NCBI RefSeq assembly: GCF_009914755.1
Contig: NC_060938.1
Source of the DNA: the human T2T-CHM13v2.0 reference genome, Homo sapiens
Strand: one strand, 5' to 3'
Length of the DNA stretch: 64,000 bases
Shown piece after piece: positions 13,590 through 27,562 of this stretch; the first letter of the stretch is position 1, and every line of letters begins with the position of its first letter. The notes below the pieces were generated by a model. It ran no database searches and was not told the DNA's origin. It saw nothing but the letters and a program-made list of their open reading frames with translations. Position numbers and translations under genes: made by a program.

Positions 13590-15262
13590 CCAAAAAATAT
13601 TTCTGAAACACTGACTTTCACTAGGACTTGATGAAGCATTTTTTCCCTTTGGATGAGGAGAATATAGGCAATTTTTGTAATAGTCAGTGTTCTTGTTCAG
13701 GTTATAGAGTGAATTCATAGTTTTTCATTTTATTAAAAGAAAAAAGCCATTAAATAAATAAGTAAAAGATTAACCCACTAACTAAACTAAAGAGGGCCAA
13801 ACATTGACTGTTAAGAAGCCTGGGTTCCTTTTTATTTACCTGCTGTTCAGATATACAAAGAATTTCAAGGCTCTGTCCACTTAGGGTATTTTATACGTAG
13901 ACAGATGCAAACATTATATTTTAGTACTTAGTTGTTGGTTTTCTTAACCTGTTCATTTTCTTTAGAAATGTGAATGATGATTAATTAATCCATAAGGAAG
14001 TACAGACACAAATACATAGATACAGATGTATACAAACTGATGTATACATAAATAAGGGATACCGTAGACCATTGATGAAACTGTGCTGTGAAACAATCAT
14101 TTAGATTAATTTCATTTAAATGCAGTTCATTTAAAGGTAAACCTAAATTATTGTTATCTATGCGAGAGGGGCATAGAGACAAGTATTCATTATATAGTTC
14201 TTTTCCTTGTATTTAGGAATGAGGTTTATTGTACTTACTAGTTTATTAAAACTTAACTTTGAGCTAGTCATAGGCAATCATAAGCTGATGATAAAACTCT
14301 GTTACCTATCAAGAATTTCAATTAATCCAGTAACACATGACATCCATAAACAGAAAGAAAAATCACAGTGGTTTCATTCTTTCTAACATCTCTTTTGTAC
14401 TTCACAGAATGGAGGCGTGATGGCTGATGCAATCATTTTCCACTGATGAAGGTTTTGATGGCCACCTGTGTGAGTAGGGAGGACATAGGCTGCTGTTAGT
14501 AATTGTCTTAAGTTCTTAAGTCTAATATCAAGGATTTTGTTAGTAAATTTTGATTTTATTATTATAAAGAGATCAATGACAAATCCAACAAACAAGCATA
14601 TAAACAAGTAAAAAACGAGACTGAAGCATTGTTCGCCTATGAATAAATGTGATTAGGCAAGAAAAACTACTAATATAAATGGAAAACACTGACGTCTCAA
14701 GAAATACATGTATCAAGCATGCTACTTTGTCTAAGGGTCTTAAGACACTGCATATAAGAAATAGTCAATATTATTGTTCTGGATCAGTTCAAGTTCAAGT
14801 TTGTTAATTTTTTAAAAGAAAAATATGTAAATATTATCACAGATTAATAAATACCTAAACTACTGTGAAAATGAAAGGGTAATACAAAGGTGACTGAAGA
14901 CAAGTTATCAGTGTTTATCATCTGGTCTGCTTTGTATTCCTCAGAATGAACAGCCCCATCTGATTTAATCACTGTGCAATGACCGTGAACTGTACAGTTA
15001 CCTCCGTGTGTCACAGGAAGACTCTTGTGAGTAGTAGTTAAAATTCTTGTTTTGTTTTAAGGGTATTCTCTGTATTCTTAAGAAGTCTAAAATATAATCA
15101 AATAAGGTCAAGCATTTTTATTATTCACTACCTAAGTACAAATTTATTCTTAAGACTTCCCTATTCATAGCTATTTATTTTATGATTACAGCACTATTAA
15201 TGAATTGATTAATCAAAAAACGAATGTAGATAGACATGAATGAAGAAAGATAGAGTCAATCT

Positions 15263-15333
15263 TGGACCTATGATGATGACTGGTGGCGTATGAGTCATTG
15301 ACGGTGAATACAGGTCTGGAAGTCTGAGGTCCA
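15263..15333 (+). ncRNA. SNORD114-1: Box C/D snoRNA, SNORD114 (14q(II)) family
   Basis: TGGACCTATGATGA-TGACTGGTGGCGTATGAGTC...CTGAGGTCCA. Confidence 0.9.
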
Positions 15334-16226
15334 ATATAATAAAAAATCTAGTCTTCACCTTCTATCCTAGGGATAGACATTAGGAATATTTGAGGATGTT
15401 GTTCTTGGTCTTCACGTTCATGCATTTTCCCTCTATTTTTATAATTGGATCAATGAATCAATAAGCAAATATATTTTAACTGCATAAAGATAAAAATAGG
15501 CGTTGTCCAATTATGGAAATATATGGTGAAATAAGAAATACTATTCACATTTATTAAAAACACTGAGGTCTTCTTTCTATTAACAAATAAATGACTCAGA
15601 GGTATTACTCGCTTGCTGCAGGATGGCATATACAGTAAAAATAATAATAACGTATGTGAGGTCATTTGGGTCAGGACCATGTTCATGGTTGTTTGTTTTC
15701 TCAAGAAAAAATAGTTTCACACATACTTACATGACTAATAGAATGAAAGGAGAAATGTGTGGATAAATGGACAGAATATTTCCATCTTTTTATCTTTTTT
15801 GCTTTGTACTCTCACAATGAACACCCTCAAGTTGACTTAAGCACCCTTCCATGGTCATGAGGTTTCTGGTTGCCTCTGTGTGTTAGAAGCTTGGAGACCA
15901 ATGTGAGTATAGTCAAAGTTCTTGTCTTGGTTCTGGGTTTTTAAGGGGTAGTCATTGTTTTATTAAGAACATTACAGATAATCCAAAAGGTTAACCATGG
16001 TCCAGGGGTAATTATGGCATTGCCATGAAACATTATGTTGATTATCTAATATTTATAAAATTAAAAATGATTAATGATAAAATCACTGTGAGAGATGATC
16101 CTATAGAGAGCTATACAGTATTTCTTGTTCTTAAGTTTTTGTAACATTATTTAATTACTATTAGTGAAAGGATGAATTAATAAATAAACAAATGTAGAAG
16201 TAATGGAGAAGAGGAGGGCCAGTCTT

Positions 16227-16241
16227 CAGTCAATGATGACT
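16227..16241 (+). pseudogene. SNORD114 stump (box C only, body deleted)
   Basis: Normal upstream flank gaggagggccagtc, then CAATGATGACT joined directly to the downstream flank cctctgttgaaa. Confidence 0.55.
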
Positions 16242-17284
16242 CTGCCTCTGTTGAAAATACCATACCCTATAGACAGATTTAAGAATACACAAGGCTCATG
16301 TTCTTGGTTTTTGCATTAATGGATTTTGATTCTATTATTATAAATAGATCAATGAAAGAATCAATAAAGCAATAGAAACACACATGAGTAATGAAATCAT
16401 CGTACAATTATGAAACTATGTAGGGAAACGAGAAGCCATTTATATATATATGGAAAAAGTCTGTTAAGAAATAAATGTTTCAAATGTGTTACCTCTAGCT
16501 AAGGATGATATAGAGGATATAAATAATATAGATAGATAAAATAATTAATAAACAAATATAAATAAATCTGAATAAGTGAAGTACTGTCCAATTACAAAAA
16601 TTGTATGAGTAGATAAAAGAAACTATTCATATATATTGAAAACAATAGAGTCTATTATGAAATAGTCAATATACAAAGAAACGCTCTTGATTTGTGTCAG
16701 TGTCAAGATCAATGTTGTTTGTTTTCTTAAAAAATTAATAAATATTAAGTGAAAATTTTAAATGTCTAAATGATTGGCTAAATGAAAGGTGACATGCATA
16801 GATCGAGGAAAATAATGTCTCCATTTTTATTTTCTTTATCTGCACTGCTTTGTACTTACAGGCCTTCTGCTGTGATCGCGTTCTCCACAGTTGCCTCTGG
16901 GTAGGAGCCTGGACACTAATAGAAGTAAGAGTCAATCTTCTTGTCATATTTTTATATTTGTTTAGGGTAGATTTTAAAAGATTCACTATAAATTTTTAAA
17001 TAACCAAAGAAAGCCACCCATGACCCAGTGGAAAGTATGTGGTGGACATGAAACATGTTGATTAATCCATATTTATAACACTGTGGATGATTAATGAAAA
17101 AAACATGGTAAATGACTTTATAGACTGGTGTTAGGGATACTTAAGTCATCTTGTTCTCAAGGGTTTTGGGATTTTGTTCATAAGCGTTTTAGATAGGTAG
17201 ATATTTACTTTAATATGATTAGTTTACTGATAAATTAACCAGTAAAGAAATGTAGAGATGAATGAGATAAAAGAGGCCCAAGCT

Positions 17285-17361
17285 TGGACCAATGATAATG
17301 ACTGTTGGGGTATGAGTCAGTGAGGTTGAATAACAGTTTGTATCTGGAAATCTGAGGTCCA
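17285..17361 (+). ncRNA. SNORD114-2: Box C/D snoRNA, SNORD114 family
   Basis: Stem intact; box C variant ATGATAA; box D CTGA. Confidence 0.88.
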
Positions 17362-18199
17362 ACACAATAAAAAATTTAGTCTAATTACTCTGATGGAAAT
17401 CCAAAATAAAAGGGCAAAATCTTTGTATATTCCTAATATGTATTTGATAGCATTCTTATAAGTAAATCAATGATGGAAGCATTAAATTAATATATAAATC
17501 AATAAGTATGATTTATTGTACTATAGATGGTGAAGCTTTATTCAAGTATCAATATATGTGGTCAGGCAAGAAATATTAATAATAAATGTTGAAAACACTA
17601 TTCCCATTAAGAAATAAGTGGATCAAAGTGTTACCCTTAATGATCATATAGACACTGATAAATAATAGTCAACTTTATTACTGTGGTTCAAACCAAGTGG
17701 AGGTTGTATGTTTTGTCTAGAAAATATATAAACTACAAAAAGTTAATAAACACCTAAGTGAATGAGTAAATTAAATGTGGGGAGTAAGATTCAATTAAGA
17801 TAAAGTCCTAATTTTCTTTTAATCAGATGCTCTGCTTTGTACTCCTTAGAATGGATGCACTGGAGCTGATTTAAACATTCTTTGGTGGTCACAAGATGTA
17901 TAGCTGCCTCTGTATGTTTGGCGCATGGAAAAAAATATGAGTTTTTGTGGACATACACTCTTTATTTGAAAAGTATGAAATATAATCCAAGAAAGCCAGC
18001 CATGGCTCAGTGATAAATATGGAATTGATATGAAACATTATATTGATTAATCACCTTTGAGGATGATTAATAAAAGAGAGAAAGTGATTCTATATAGAGA
18101 TGCAGGACTATTTCAGGCTCATTCATGATCTAGGTTTTTGTGCTTCATGGTTATTTTATTATCATCAATAAAAAGAAAAAAGAAAAAAATCTTATACTG

Positions 18200-18650
18200 T
18201 CCAAAAAATTAGGGAGACCAGCGCCCAGTGTTCATGTGAGGGGGGACTAGTGTCCATTTCCACCAAGCAGCCTGGAAATGCTCATCCTCACAGGGCATTG
18301 GAGAGGTTTCTCAAGAAGCGAGTGCCTCCATGGGGGAAATAATTAACCCCAGATTAAATGCTGCTTCAGACCTAATGGATGGTAAAAACAAGATCCAAAA
18401 GGATCAAACTCTTTCCAGGTAGATTAACTGTATCCCAGAACAAAGCTCAAGGACATTTTTAGAAATACGTATATATCCAGCACACAAGCAGGGTAAAATT
18501 CACATCTGCAAATTTACCAGGCATTCAAAGGGGCAAAAAATACACAACCCACAATTAAGAGACTAATGAATTAATCAAAACCAACCCAGAACTTATACAG
18601 ATGTGAGCATTAGCAGAAAAGGACTTGAAGTAGTTATTAGAACTGTCTCC
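18200..18650 (+). mobile_element. Old L1M 5'/ORF1-region fragment
   Basis: aaaaggatcaaactctttccaggt...cccagaacaaagctcaag...acagatgtgagcattagcagaaaaggac resembles old L1M 5' ends; subfamily not determined. Confidence 0.55.
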
Positions 18651-18652
18651 CT

Positions 18653-18775
18653 GGCCGGGTGTGGTGGCTCATGCCTGTAATCCCAGCACTTTGGGAGGCC
18701 GAGGTGGGTGGATCACCTCAGGTCAGGAGTTCAAGACCAGTCTGGCCAAAATGGTGAAACCCCACCTCTACTAAA
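18653..18775 (+). mobile_element. Alu left monomer only, abutting SNORD114-3
   Basis: ggccgggtgtggtggctcatgcctgtaatccc...ctctactaaa followed by ca-TGGACC. Confidence 0.92.
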
Positions 18776-18777
18776 CA

Positions 18778-18851
18778 TGGACCAATGATGACCACTGGTG
18801 GCGTTTGAGTCATGGACGATGAATACTACGTGTCTGAAACTCTGAGGTCCA
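18778..18851 (+). ncRNA. SNORD114-3: Box C/D snoRNA, SNORD114 family
   Basis: TGGACCAATGATGA...CTGAGGTCCA. Confidence 0.9.
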
Positions 18852-19073
18852 ACAGAAAACATAATTGGATAGATATCAGAAATGTGCAAAGATCATATTC
18901 TTACTTTGGATTAATAGATTGAGGTTCATCATCAATAGATAAATGATAGAACAATTAAACAAGAATAAATAAAGGTGAATCATTGTTCAATTATGAATAT
19001 ACATGATGATGTAAGAAATATTATCACTAAAAATTTTAAACACAGATGCCCCTTAAAGAAATGGATCATGAGT

Positions 19074-19118
19074 CCCGCCACTGCACTCCAGCCTGGGCGA
19101 CAGAGCGAGACTCCGTCT

Positions 19119-19149
<31 letters not shown>
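19074..19149 (+). mobile_element. Severely 5'-truncated young Alu (AluYa5-type) with TSD
   Basis: cccgccactgcactccagcctgggcgacagagcgagactccgtctc + ~30 A; TSD aaagaaatggatcatgagt at 19055-19073 and 19147-19165. Confidence 0.9.
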
Positions 19150-19151
<2 letters not shown>

Positions 19152-19802
19152 AATGGATCATGAGTATCAGCTCTTTGGCTAAGGTTCATCTAGACTCTTA
19201 ATAAGTAAGAGTCAGTTTCATTTTCTGGTTAAGTCTCATTTGACATTGTTCCTTTTGTTATGAGAGAAAACATTTCCATTCTGAAAAATTAATCAATATA
19301 AAAATAACTGAATAACAGAAATATGGAAAGGATCAATGGAGATAAGGTTTGAATTTTTTCTAAAAGAGTTACCTGCTCTTTGTATTCTGCAGAATGGATG
19401 CACTTGAGCCGACCTAAGCATTCATGGTCATGAGATTTGTGGTTGCCACTGTTGGTTAGGAGCATAGAGATCAGTGTGAGTAATAAAGTTCATGTCTTTC
19501 TCTAAGAGACTTTTTAAAGGGTATTCATAATATCATGAATGTGTGAAAAATTATCCAAAAGGCCAACCTCAGCCAATGATAAATATGAGATTGGTTGAAA
19601 CAGTATATTTGCTAGCTCATTTATGACACATTGAGGATAATTCATGAAAGATATATCAAAGTGGCAGATTATATAGAAAGTTGTGGAATATTCTATGCTC
19701 TTACTGTTTGGATATTATATTTACATGGGTTATAATATTAATATTCATGAATTAATGCATAAATAACATGTAAATGAGAATTAAGCTAAACAGTCCTAAG
19801 CC

Positions 19803-19876
19803 TGAGCCAGTGATGAAAACTGGTGGCATAGAAGTCAAGGATGCTGAATAATGTGTGTCTAGAACTCTGAGGTTCA
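19803..19876 (+). ncRNA. SNORD114-4: Box C/D snoRNA, SNORD114 family
   Basis: TGAGCCAGTGATGA...CTGAGGTTCA. Confidence 0.88.
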
Positions 19877-20798
19877 ATAGAGGAGGAAATATAGTCTATT
19901 GCTTTTGAAGTGATCTTATAGTTAGGTTTTGGAAATACAAAAGGGCCATCTTCTTGGATTGTTTTTGTGACTTTTGTTTCTTCTTTAAAATAAATTCATT
20001 GATGTAATAATCAATGTACACATGTAAAAAATTAAAGATGAGGAGTGTGAAGCATGTCCACTCAATGTAAATGGTGAGACAACAGAAATCATTAAAATGT
20101 ATTGAAAATATGAATACCATTTAAAAAACGAACAATTCAAGTGTAATCTTTGACTACGGATGACATAAGCAGTATAGTGAAGTTTCTTATTTTGCATCAG
20201 AACAAGTGTGCTGTTGTTCATTTTTTTAAAAGAAAATTGATAAGTATTACCACAATTAATAGATACCTGAATGACTAAGAGAAGGGTCAAATGAATGAAT
20301 CCGTGAAAAATATTTCAATCCTGTTACCTTCTCTGCTTTGCACTTCCCAGAATGGACACACCTGGGCTGGCAGAACATCTTGCCTTGATCTGGAGCCCCA
20401 TGTCTGCCCCTCTGTAGAGGTGCACATGGGCCAATGTGAGTTAACAGTAAAATTATTTTTTGCTTTTGCTTATTTGTTTAGGATATTCAGTGTAATATTT
20501 AAAAAATATTATATATTAATATAATCAAGGAAGGCCAGCTATGTCCCAAGGATACGTATGGACTTGACATGAAATATTGTGTAGATTAATAGATATTTTA
20601 AACAATGAACATGATGAATGAAGGAAGTATTAATATACTAATTGAAGCAAATGATTATGTAGACAGATACTAGGAATACTTAAGGATCTTGTCCTTAAAA
20701 CTTGGTGATCCAGAGGTATTTATGTTATTGTTAGTGAACTAATGAATCATTAGGAAACAGCTTACAAATAAAAGGAGAAAAAGAGGGCCAATTCTGGC

Positions 20799-20867
20799 TG
20801 GATTGATGATGACCACTGGTGGCCTATGAGTCATACAATGAATACGTGTCTAGAACTCTGAGGTCCA
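20799..20867 (+). ncRNA. SNORD114-5: Box C/D snoRNA, SNORD114 family
   Basis: TGGATTGATGATGA...CTGAGGTCCA. Confidence 0.88.
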
Positions 20868-21668
20868 TCACAAGCAGTATCTAGCCTAGTCCCTCTGTCT
20901 GAAAAACTCCTGTAGACAGATGTCAGGGAAATACAAGAACCTTGTTCTTTTTCTTTATGTTTATGAATTTTAAAAATATTATATTATTAAAATAGCAACG
21001 AAGAATAAACAAACATGTATAAATGAATATAGATGAGGATGAAGTATTGTTTATTGTTGAAATGTGTAGTAAAGAGAAACAATACTAATATAAATTGAAA
21101 TGGTTGGATAATTAATGGACCAAGTGTAATACATCTTTGACTAAGGATCATATAGATAGCAGTAAGTAATGGTTAGTTGCAAGTTTCACATTTGTTGTAT
21201 TAAGAAAAAATTAATAAATACTCAAATGACTATGTAAATGAATGGTGAAAAATATAGATTAATGTAAAGAATATTCAATTTTTTAATCATCTTCTCTGCT
21301 TTGCACTTTTCAGGATGGATGCAATGAGCTGATCATTTTGCTGTGATCAAGGCTATGTTGCCTCTGTGTTAGGCCAATGTGAGTAATGGTTCTTGTCTTG
21401 GTTTAGGTTGTTTAATGGTATTCCTGATATTATTAAAAATTATTTAATATAATAAAAAGTTAATTGGCTTAATGACAATGTGCAACATTGAGGTTAATTA
21501 ATGAAAGAGATGTAGTCTCTGTGGGAAATTATTGTATAGACAAATGTAAGGATTCTTCAAATATCTTGTTCTTGGGTTTTCAAAATCATGTATTCATTTT
21601 ATTATCAAAGAAGAAATGATTTATTCAATAAATATTTAGAAATGAATGATGAAAGAGAGACCCAACTA

Positions 21669-21717
21669 TGAATCAATGGTGACCACTGGTGGCATATAAG
21701 TCATGGATGATGAATAT
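21669..21717 (+). pseudogene. 3'-truncated SNORD114 copy
   Basis: TGAATCAATGGTGACCACTGGTGGCATATAAGTCATGGATGATGAATAT, then flank; box C mutated, box D deleted. Confidence 0.8.
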
Positions 21718-22594
21718 GAGAAGAAAAGAATCTAGGTTTTTGCTTCTGTTGGAAATGATCCTGTAGACAATGTCAGAAACATACAAAGATCATTTTCTTA
21801 TCTTGGGGTCATAGATTTAGGTTTATTATTACTAATATATGAATGATAGAACCATTAAACAAATATAAACAGATTACAAGTAGAGATTTAAGCTACAGTG
21901 TCCAGCTATGAATATAGGAGATGAGATAAATTATTACTAAAAATAGGAGATACTGATTCCTCTTATCAAAGAAATGGATCACAGTGTTTCCTCTTTGACT
22001 AAGGATTATATAGAATCTAACAAGTAAGAGTCAGTTTTATTTTCTTGGTCAGAGATTGTTTCTTCTGTTAAGAGAGAAAGACACCTATAATATGAAAAAT
22101 TAGTAAATACCCAAATCACTGAATAAATGCTATGCAGAAAGGCAGGATCAACAGAGATTAGGTCTCAATGTTTTTAGTCTGCTCTGTACTCCTCAGAATG
22201 GACAGACCCGGGCTGATTTTGGTGTTCTGTGGCTATGAGATCAGTGGTTGCCTCCATGTGTTAGGAACATGGAGACTGACGTAATAGTCAAACTTCTTGT
22301 CTCAGTTTCAGTGTTCTTCTGAAGGGTATGCAGTAAGTGCAAAATGTAATCAGTGACTGCCAACCATTACCCAAATGTAAAAAATGTAATTATTATATAT
22401 GAAGCCTTGAGGTCAGTTGATCTACAGGCAGATGTTAGAAATATTATTATATTTCTGCTTATTCCATAGGCAGATGTTAGAAATATTCAAGAATCTTGTC
22501 TTCTAGTTTTTGTGATTCTTGGTATTTATTTTAGTATTATTAGATTTTTGATGTATTATTCAATGATATGAATGAAGAAAATGAGAGCCAAGCC

Positions 22595-22665
22595 TGGATC
22601 AATGATGTCCACTGGTGGCGTATAAATCATATTTGGTGAATATATGTCTGGAACTCTGAGGTCCA
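22595..22665 (+). ncRNA. SNORD114-6: Box C/D snoRNA, SNORD114 family
   Basis: TGGATCAATGATGT...CTGAGGTCCA. Confidence 0.88.
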
Positions 22666-25291
22666 AGAAGGAAGGAATCTAGGTTATTGCCTCTTTTAGA
22701 AATAATCCTATAGATTATTTAAGAATATATAAGGATCTTATTTGGCCTTTTTAAATGAGTTTTTACTCTATCATAATAAATTGATCAATAAAAGGATCAA
22801 CATATGGATACAAATACATAAAGGTAAATAGGGTGAAGCATCATCAAATTATGGAAAGATGTGGTGGCAAGAGAATCCACGTGTATGTACACTGAAGACA
22901 CTGAATGTCATTAAAAAACCAATGGTTCAGGCTGTTACACCTGGTTAAAAATCATGCAGGTAACATAAATAATAGCCTGTATTCTGTATTAGAAATAGCA
23001 AAGATCCGATTGTGTTTCGTAGCTATCGATTATATCTTCATAAGTTGATTAGTGCACAAATAACCAAAGAAATGTATGAATACACGAAGAAAAATGGAAC
23101 CAAGTATGGACTAAGTATGTCCTCTATAAAGTTGCTCTTAGTTAGAAACAAATTGTAGGATTTTACTAGGGTCGGATAGGCATTTCTGTTCTAGATTTCT
23201 GAAAATGAAAAGATTACTCATTTTGTTGAAAAGGAATAGCTGGTTGGAAAAATTAATTCGTTTGTTCCTGAATTATAAACTCATTTAGACTAATAATGAA
23301 TGAGTTAATAGATAAAAAGATCAAGAACTGACCACTCATGAGACTGTGTTATAAAGCCAGGAATGAGAAGAAGCTGATTCTGTAAAGCAAAGCTAACTTG
23401 CAGAGAATAGCAAGACGATTACATGTTTGAGTGGCGGCACTGGGGCCAATATGTCCCATAGTCAGATGTTTTTCTTAATGCAGGTGATGGATTCAAGAAT
23501 GTTCACTATTGATGTAAAATTCATAACTTAAATAATTCAATAAATAAAAGGAGAGTGAATCTAATCTAAGGATGGGGAGTGTCGTGAACCAATGTTTGAG
23601 ATGAACCTAACCCTGATCATTTCATATTTATTCAGACACAGCCTGAATCTTGTTGTTTCTTACCTGTAACATCTACTTTGTACTTCGCAGGGTTGATGTT
23701 CATGGGTGATTGATCATCCTGTAGCGACGGTGGTATTGACTGTTCCCCAGAGGACAAGGAGTGTGTTCTTATGTAAGTCATAGTTGACATTCTTGTTTTT
23801 GATTGGGTAGTTTGCCTGTTCATTGATGTTCATAGTACTATAGAAGGTAGATAAATGGCCACATACCTAAAGAAAATCAAAGGGGACAAAAAGTGAGAGT
23901 CTGTTATAAACTAAGGATTATAATTAATGTAATTCAGTACAACTGTGGACAATTTTGAAAAGATAAAGATTGATGTCATTTTAGTCATTTTATAGATAAA
24001 CTAAAAATGGGACATTTTTAATATCCCATTTTAGCATTTTTCATAGTTTACACAAACGTTCCTATATTGCTAGATAGCCTAGTCTGTGAACTCCCTGAGG
24101 AAGGAGCACATGTGAAGTAAATACTTGTCATTATCATAGTGGGTTCAAGTGGAATATTCTTCCGGCTTATTGTTACATCTTCATAGACTATATAATTTAA
24201 ACAAAACGGTTCAAGCATGGACCATGACATAACTGAAATCAAATCTAGACAAACATGATTATTATTATATTTCACAACATTTTTGTAGTTCGTTACAAAA
24301 AAAGACCTAGCCTATTATATTACCTTGTCTATTATCTCTCTTGGAAATGAACCCATTGACAGATATTAAGACTATTCAAGAAACTTGCTTAGGGGCTGTG
24401 GTGGATTGTTAACACATACTAATTTTATTATCAGTGGATAAGTATGCATAAACATCTTGTAAGTTAATATAGATACATATGTCTAAGTGTGGTCTCATTT
24501 TGAGTATATTTACTGGAACAAGAATTATTATGACATGTCTTAAATGTTATGATCCATTAATAAAAATAGACCAAGCTTGTGACCCAAGTCAGTAACCTGC
24601 ATATACACATATGTGAATACTCATTGTCTTTATTTCTGGAGCTTTTTAGTTTATACTTGTTTTTGTTTTCTCTTTTAGTAAATTGAAAACATTATATAAA
24701 TACATAAATCAAAACATAGGTAAGGAAGTTAGAGGAAGCTAAGCATGGACTACTTATGAGGATGTGTTTTTAAGCAGGGATTATAACTTAATCCATTTTA
24801 GTACAATGGAGCACGATTTAAAAAGAGATCAGTGTTTTCCATTCTCTTTTCATAGCTATGTATTATTCCATTTTGGGTTTTACTCCTGTTTATGCAGCAT
24901 TCCTTGATGGATAACAATCTATGGGTTAGATCCAAGGCTTAAATTTTACGTAGTTGTGTTTTTATAAGTCATTATCAGGGTTTTAGATGTTGAATGGGGT
25001 GATGACTTGATGGTTGTTCGTTGTTCCATCTTAAACGTATGTACATGTTAAATGAAGAAAAGGCCAAGCACCAATCAGTGATATGAATGGATTGATTGAT
25101 CAGTTTTATGATTAAATTCATTTCTGCACCCCTGCAATTTATTTAAAAGGGAGATTTGGTATATTAAATCTATGGAAATTTCAATGGAGTGATTGTCTCA
25201 TGCTTTTCACACCTGTCCTATATTCCACAGAATGGACATCATGATTGGGATTGTCTTTATTAAACTTTGTCAGGAGAGTAAAGATCAATGT

Positions 25292-25726
<435 letters not shown>

Positions 25727-25734
25727 TTAATGAA

Positions 25735-26025
25735 TGTCCTCCCTTCCCACTGGCCCTGCCAGGCATGCTGCCATCTGTTCTCTGGGACTTGTGAGTAGTA
25801 CACTGCTCCTGTTATTTCATGTGCTTTGCTAAGTTGTTTCTTCTGTGTCTCAACTGATCAACACACCCAGACCTAACTGATTTCCAGGTTGGGGCTCTCC
25901 TAGAGAGTGCCTCTCTTGGTAGGAATAAACTGGACACAGACAAGAGCCTCCATGGTGTCTGCCTGTATAACCAAGTTTTCTATGAGAGGGACAATGGGTC
26001 ATAGATTGAACACTTGGGCATTACA
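25735..26025. mobile_element. Probable ERVL-type LTR fragment (MER68-like)
   Basis: GC-richer non-array sequence with ctctcctagagagtg...aggaataaactggacacag...gagagggaca; family from recall only. Confidence 0.45.
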
Positions 26026-26313
26026 TCTGTGAGAATAAGTCTATAGTAAATTTCAGTAAATTTGAGGGATCTAATTATGGGGTTTCAGTAGATCCTGGGG
26101 ATTTATTGCATTATTCGAAGGAAATAAATGAAAGAATCAGCAAAACATACAGACACACATATAAATAATTAAAGATGAAGAGGATAAAGCTGGATTAATT
26201 GAGGAAAATGCTATCAGACAGGAATTTTTGGTTCTGTAATTCTGAAACACTGCAATGCATTAAGAAACCTGTACATCAAGGGTGTCACCTGTCTAGGGTA
26301 GGGTAATATAGAG

Positions 26314-26517
26314 TAGTTGTTCTCAAATGCGAGCATTGGAGTGACCTGGAGGGCTTGTAAAATACAGAAGGTCACCTACATTCTCAGGATTTCTGATTCA
26401 GTAGGTTTGGTGTGGGGTCTGAGAATCTAAATTTCTAATAACTTAATTTCTGTAGGTTCCAATAGTTTCCCAAATCATGCTGATGCTGCCTCCTGAGAAA
26501 TATTTTCAGAATCACTG
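26314..26517. mobile_element. MER5A-like DNA transposon
   Basis: gttctcaaa...acctggagggcttg...ttctgattcagtaggt...tgctgatgctgc...gaatcactg. Confidence 0.8.
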
Positions 26518-26626
26518 AGAAAAATGTATGAAATAGTTAATGTCCTTGCTCTGTGTCAGTGGTAAGTTCCAGTTTGTTTATTTTATTGAGAAAAAGAAGG
26601 TAATTAATTAATTAAGCAATTAATAT

Positions 26627-26928
26627 TTATTTATTTATATTTGAGATGGAGTCTCACTCTGTTTGTTGCCCAGGCAGGAGTACAGTGACGCGATCTCAGC
26701 TCACTGAAACCTCCACCTCCCAGGTTCAAGCAATTCTCCTGCCTCTGCCTCCCGAGTAGCTGGGATCACAGGCGTGTGCCACCACGCCTGGCTAATTTTT
26801 GTATTTTTAGTAGAGACGGGGTTTCACCATGTTGGCCAGCCTGGTCCTGAACTCCTGACCTCAAGTGATCCGCCCACCTCAGCCTCCCAAAATGCTGCAA
26901 TTACAGGCATGAGCCACTGCACCCCACC
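26627..26928 (-). mobile_element. Alu (S-type)
   Basis: Reverse full dimer; TSD caattaatattta. Confidence 0.95.
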
Positions 26929-27488
26929 CAATTAATATTTAAAAGTCTAAGTAAATGAAAGGGGAACAACATGGCTCAATGGAGAAATGTCTAATTTATA
27001 TAACATCATTGTTATATTGTACAAAATGGATGCACCTTAGGTGAGTTAAGCATTCTGAAAAGACCAGGCTTTCTAGGATACTGCTACATTTTAGGAGATT
27101 AGAAATCAGTGGAATTGGCACAGTCTTTGTCCGTTGAGTGGGTTTTCATGGGTGTTCATTGTACATCTTTAAAATGAGTGAATGACTACATACATGAATA
27201 AAATCAAACAAGGACAAGCCTATACTAACGATGAAGAACCAAAATTTAGGATTAATTTGATTTAGTGTTATTTAGGATGGTTTTTAAAAAAGATCAAGTC
27301 CCTATCACAAATTGCTCTGTTTAGAATTCTACTGCAGGTTTTCCCTAAGCATTCCTCAAGTGATAAAGATGTAAGTTACGAAGAAGGGACACATAGGAAC
27401 TAGAAGCACTTGTCAGCGTTTTCTTCTGGTGGTTGAGTCGTGTTTATGTAGAAAGAATATACAAATTATGTGAAAAAAGGCCAAGGAA

Positions 27489-27562
27489 GGACCAACGATG
27501 CGAGTGGAATACATTCTGAAATGTGTTTTATGATCAAAATATCTGTGACCTACTGCGGTCCA
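27489..27562 (+). pseudogene. Decayed C/D copy paralogous to 63878-63951
   Basis: GGACCAACGATGCGAGTGGAATACATTCTGA...TATGATCAA...CTGCGGTCCA; boxes C and D each carry point changes. Confidence 0.65.

Noticed and set aside
18653-19149. A single Alu split by insertion of SNORD114-3
   Set aside because: The 3' piece has its own perfect TSD and young-subfamily sequence, while the 5' piece is diverged, so these are two independent events.
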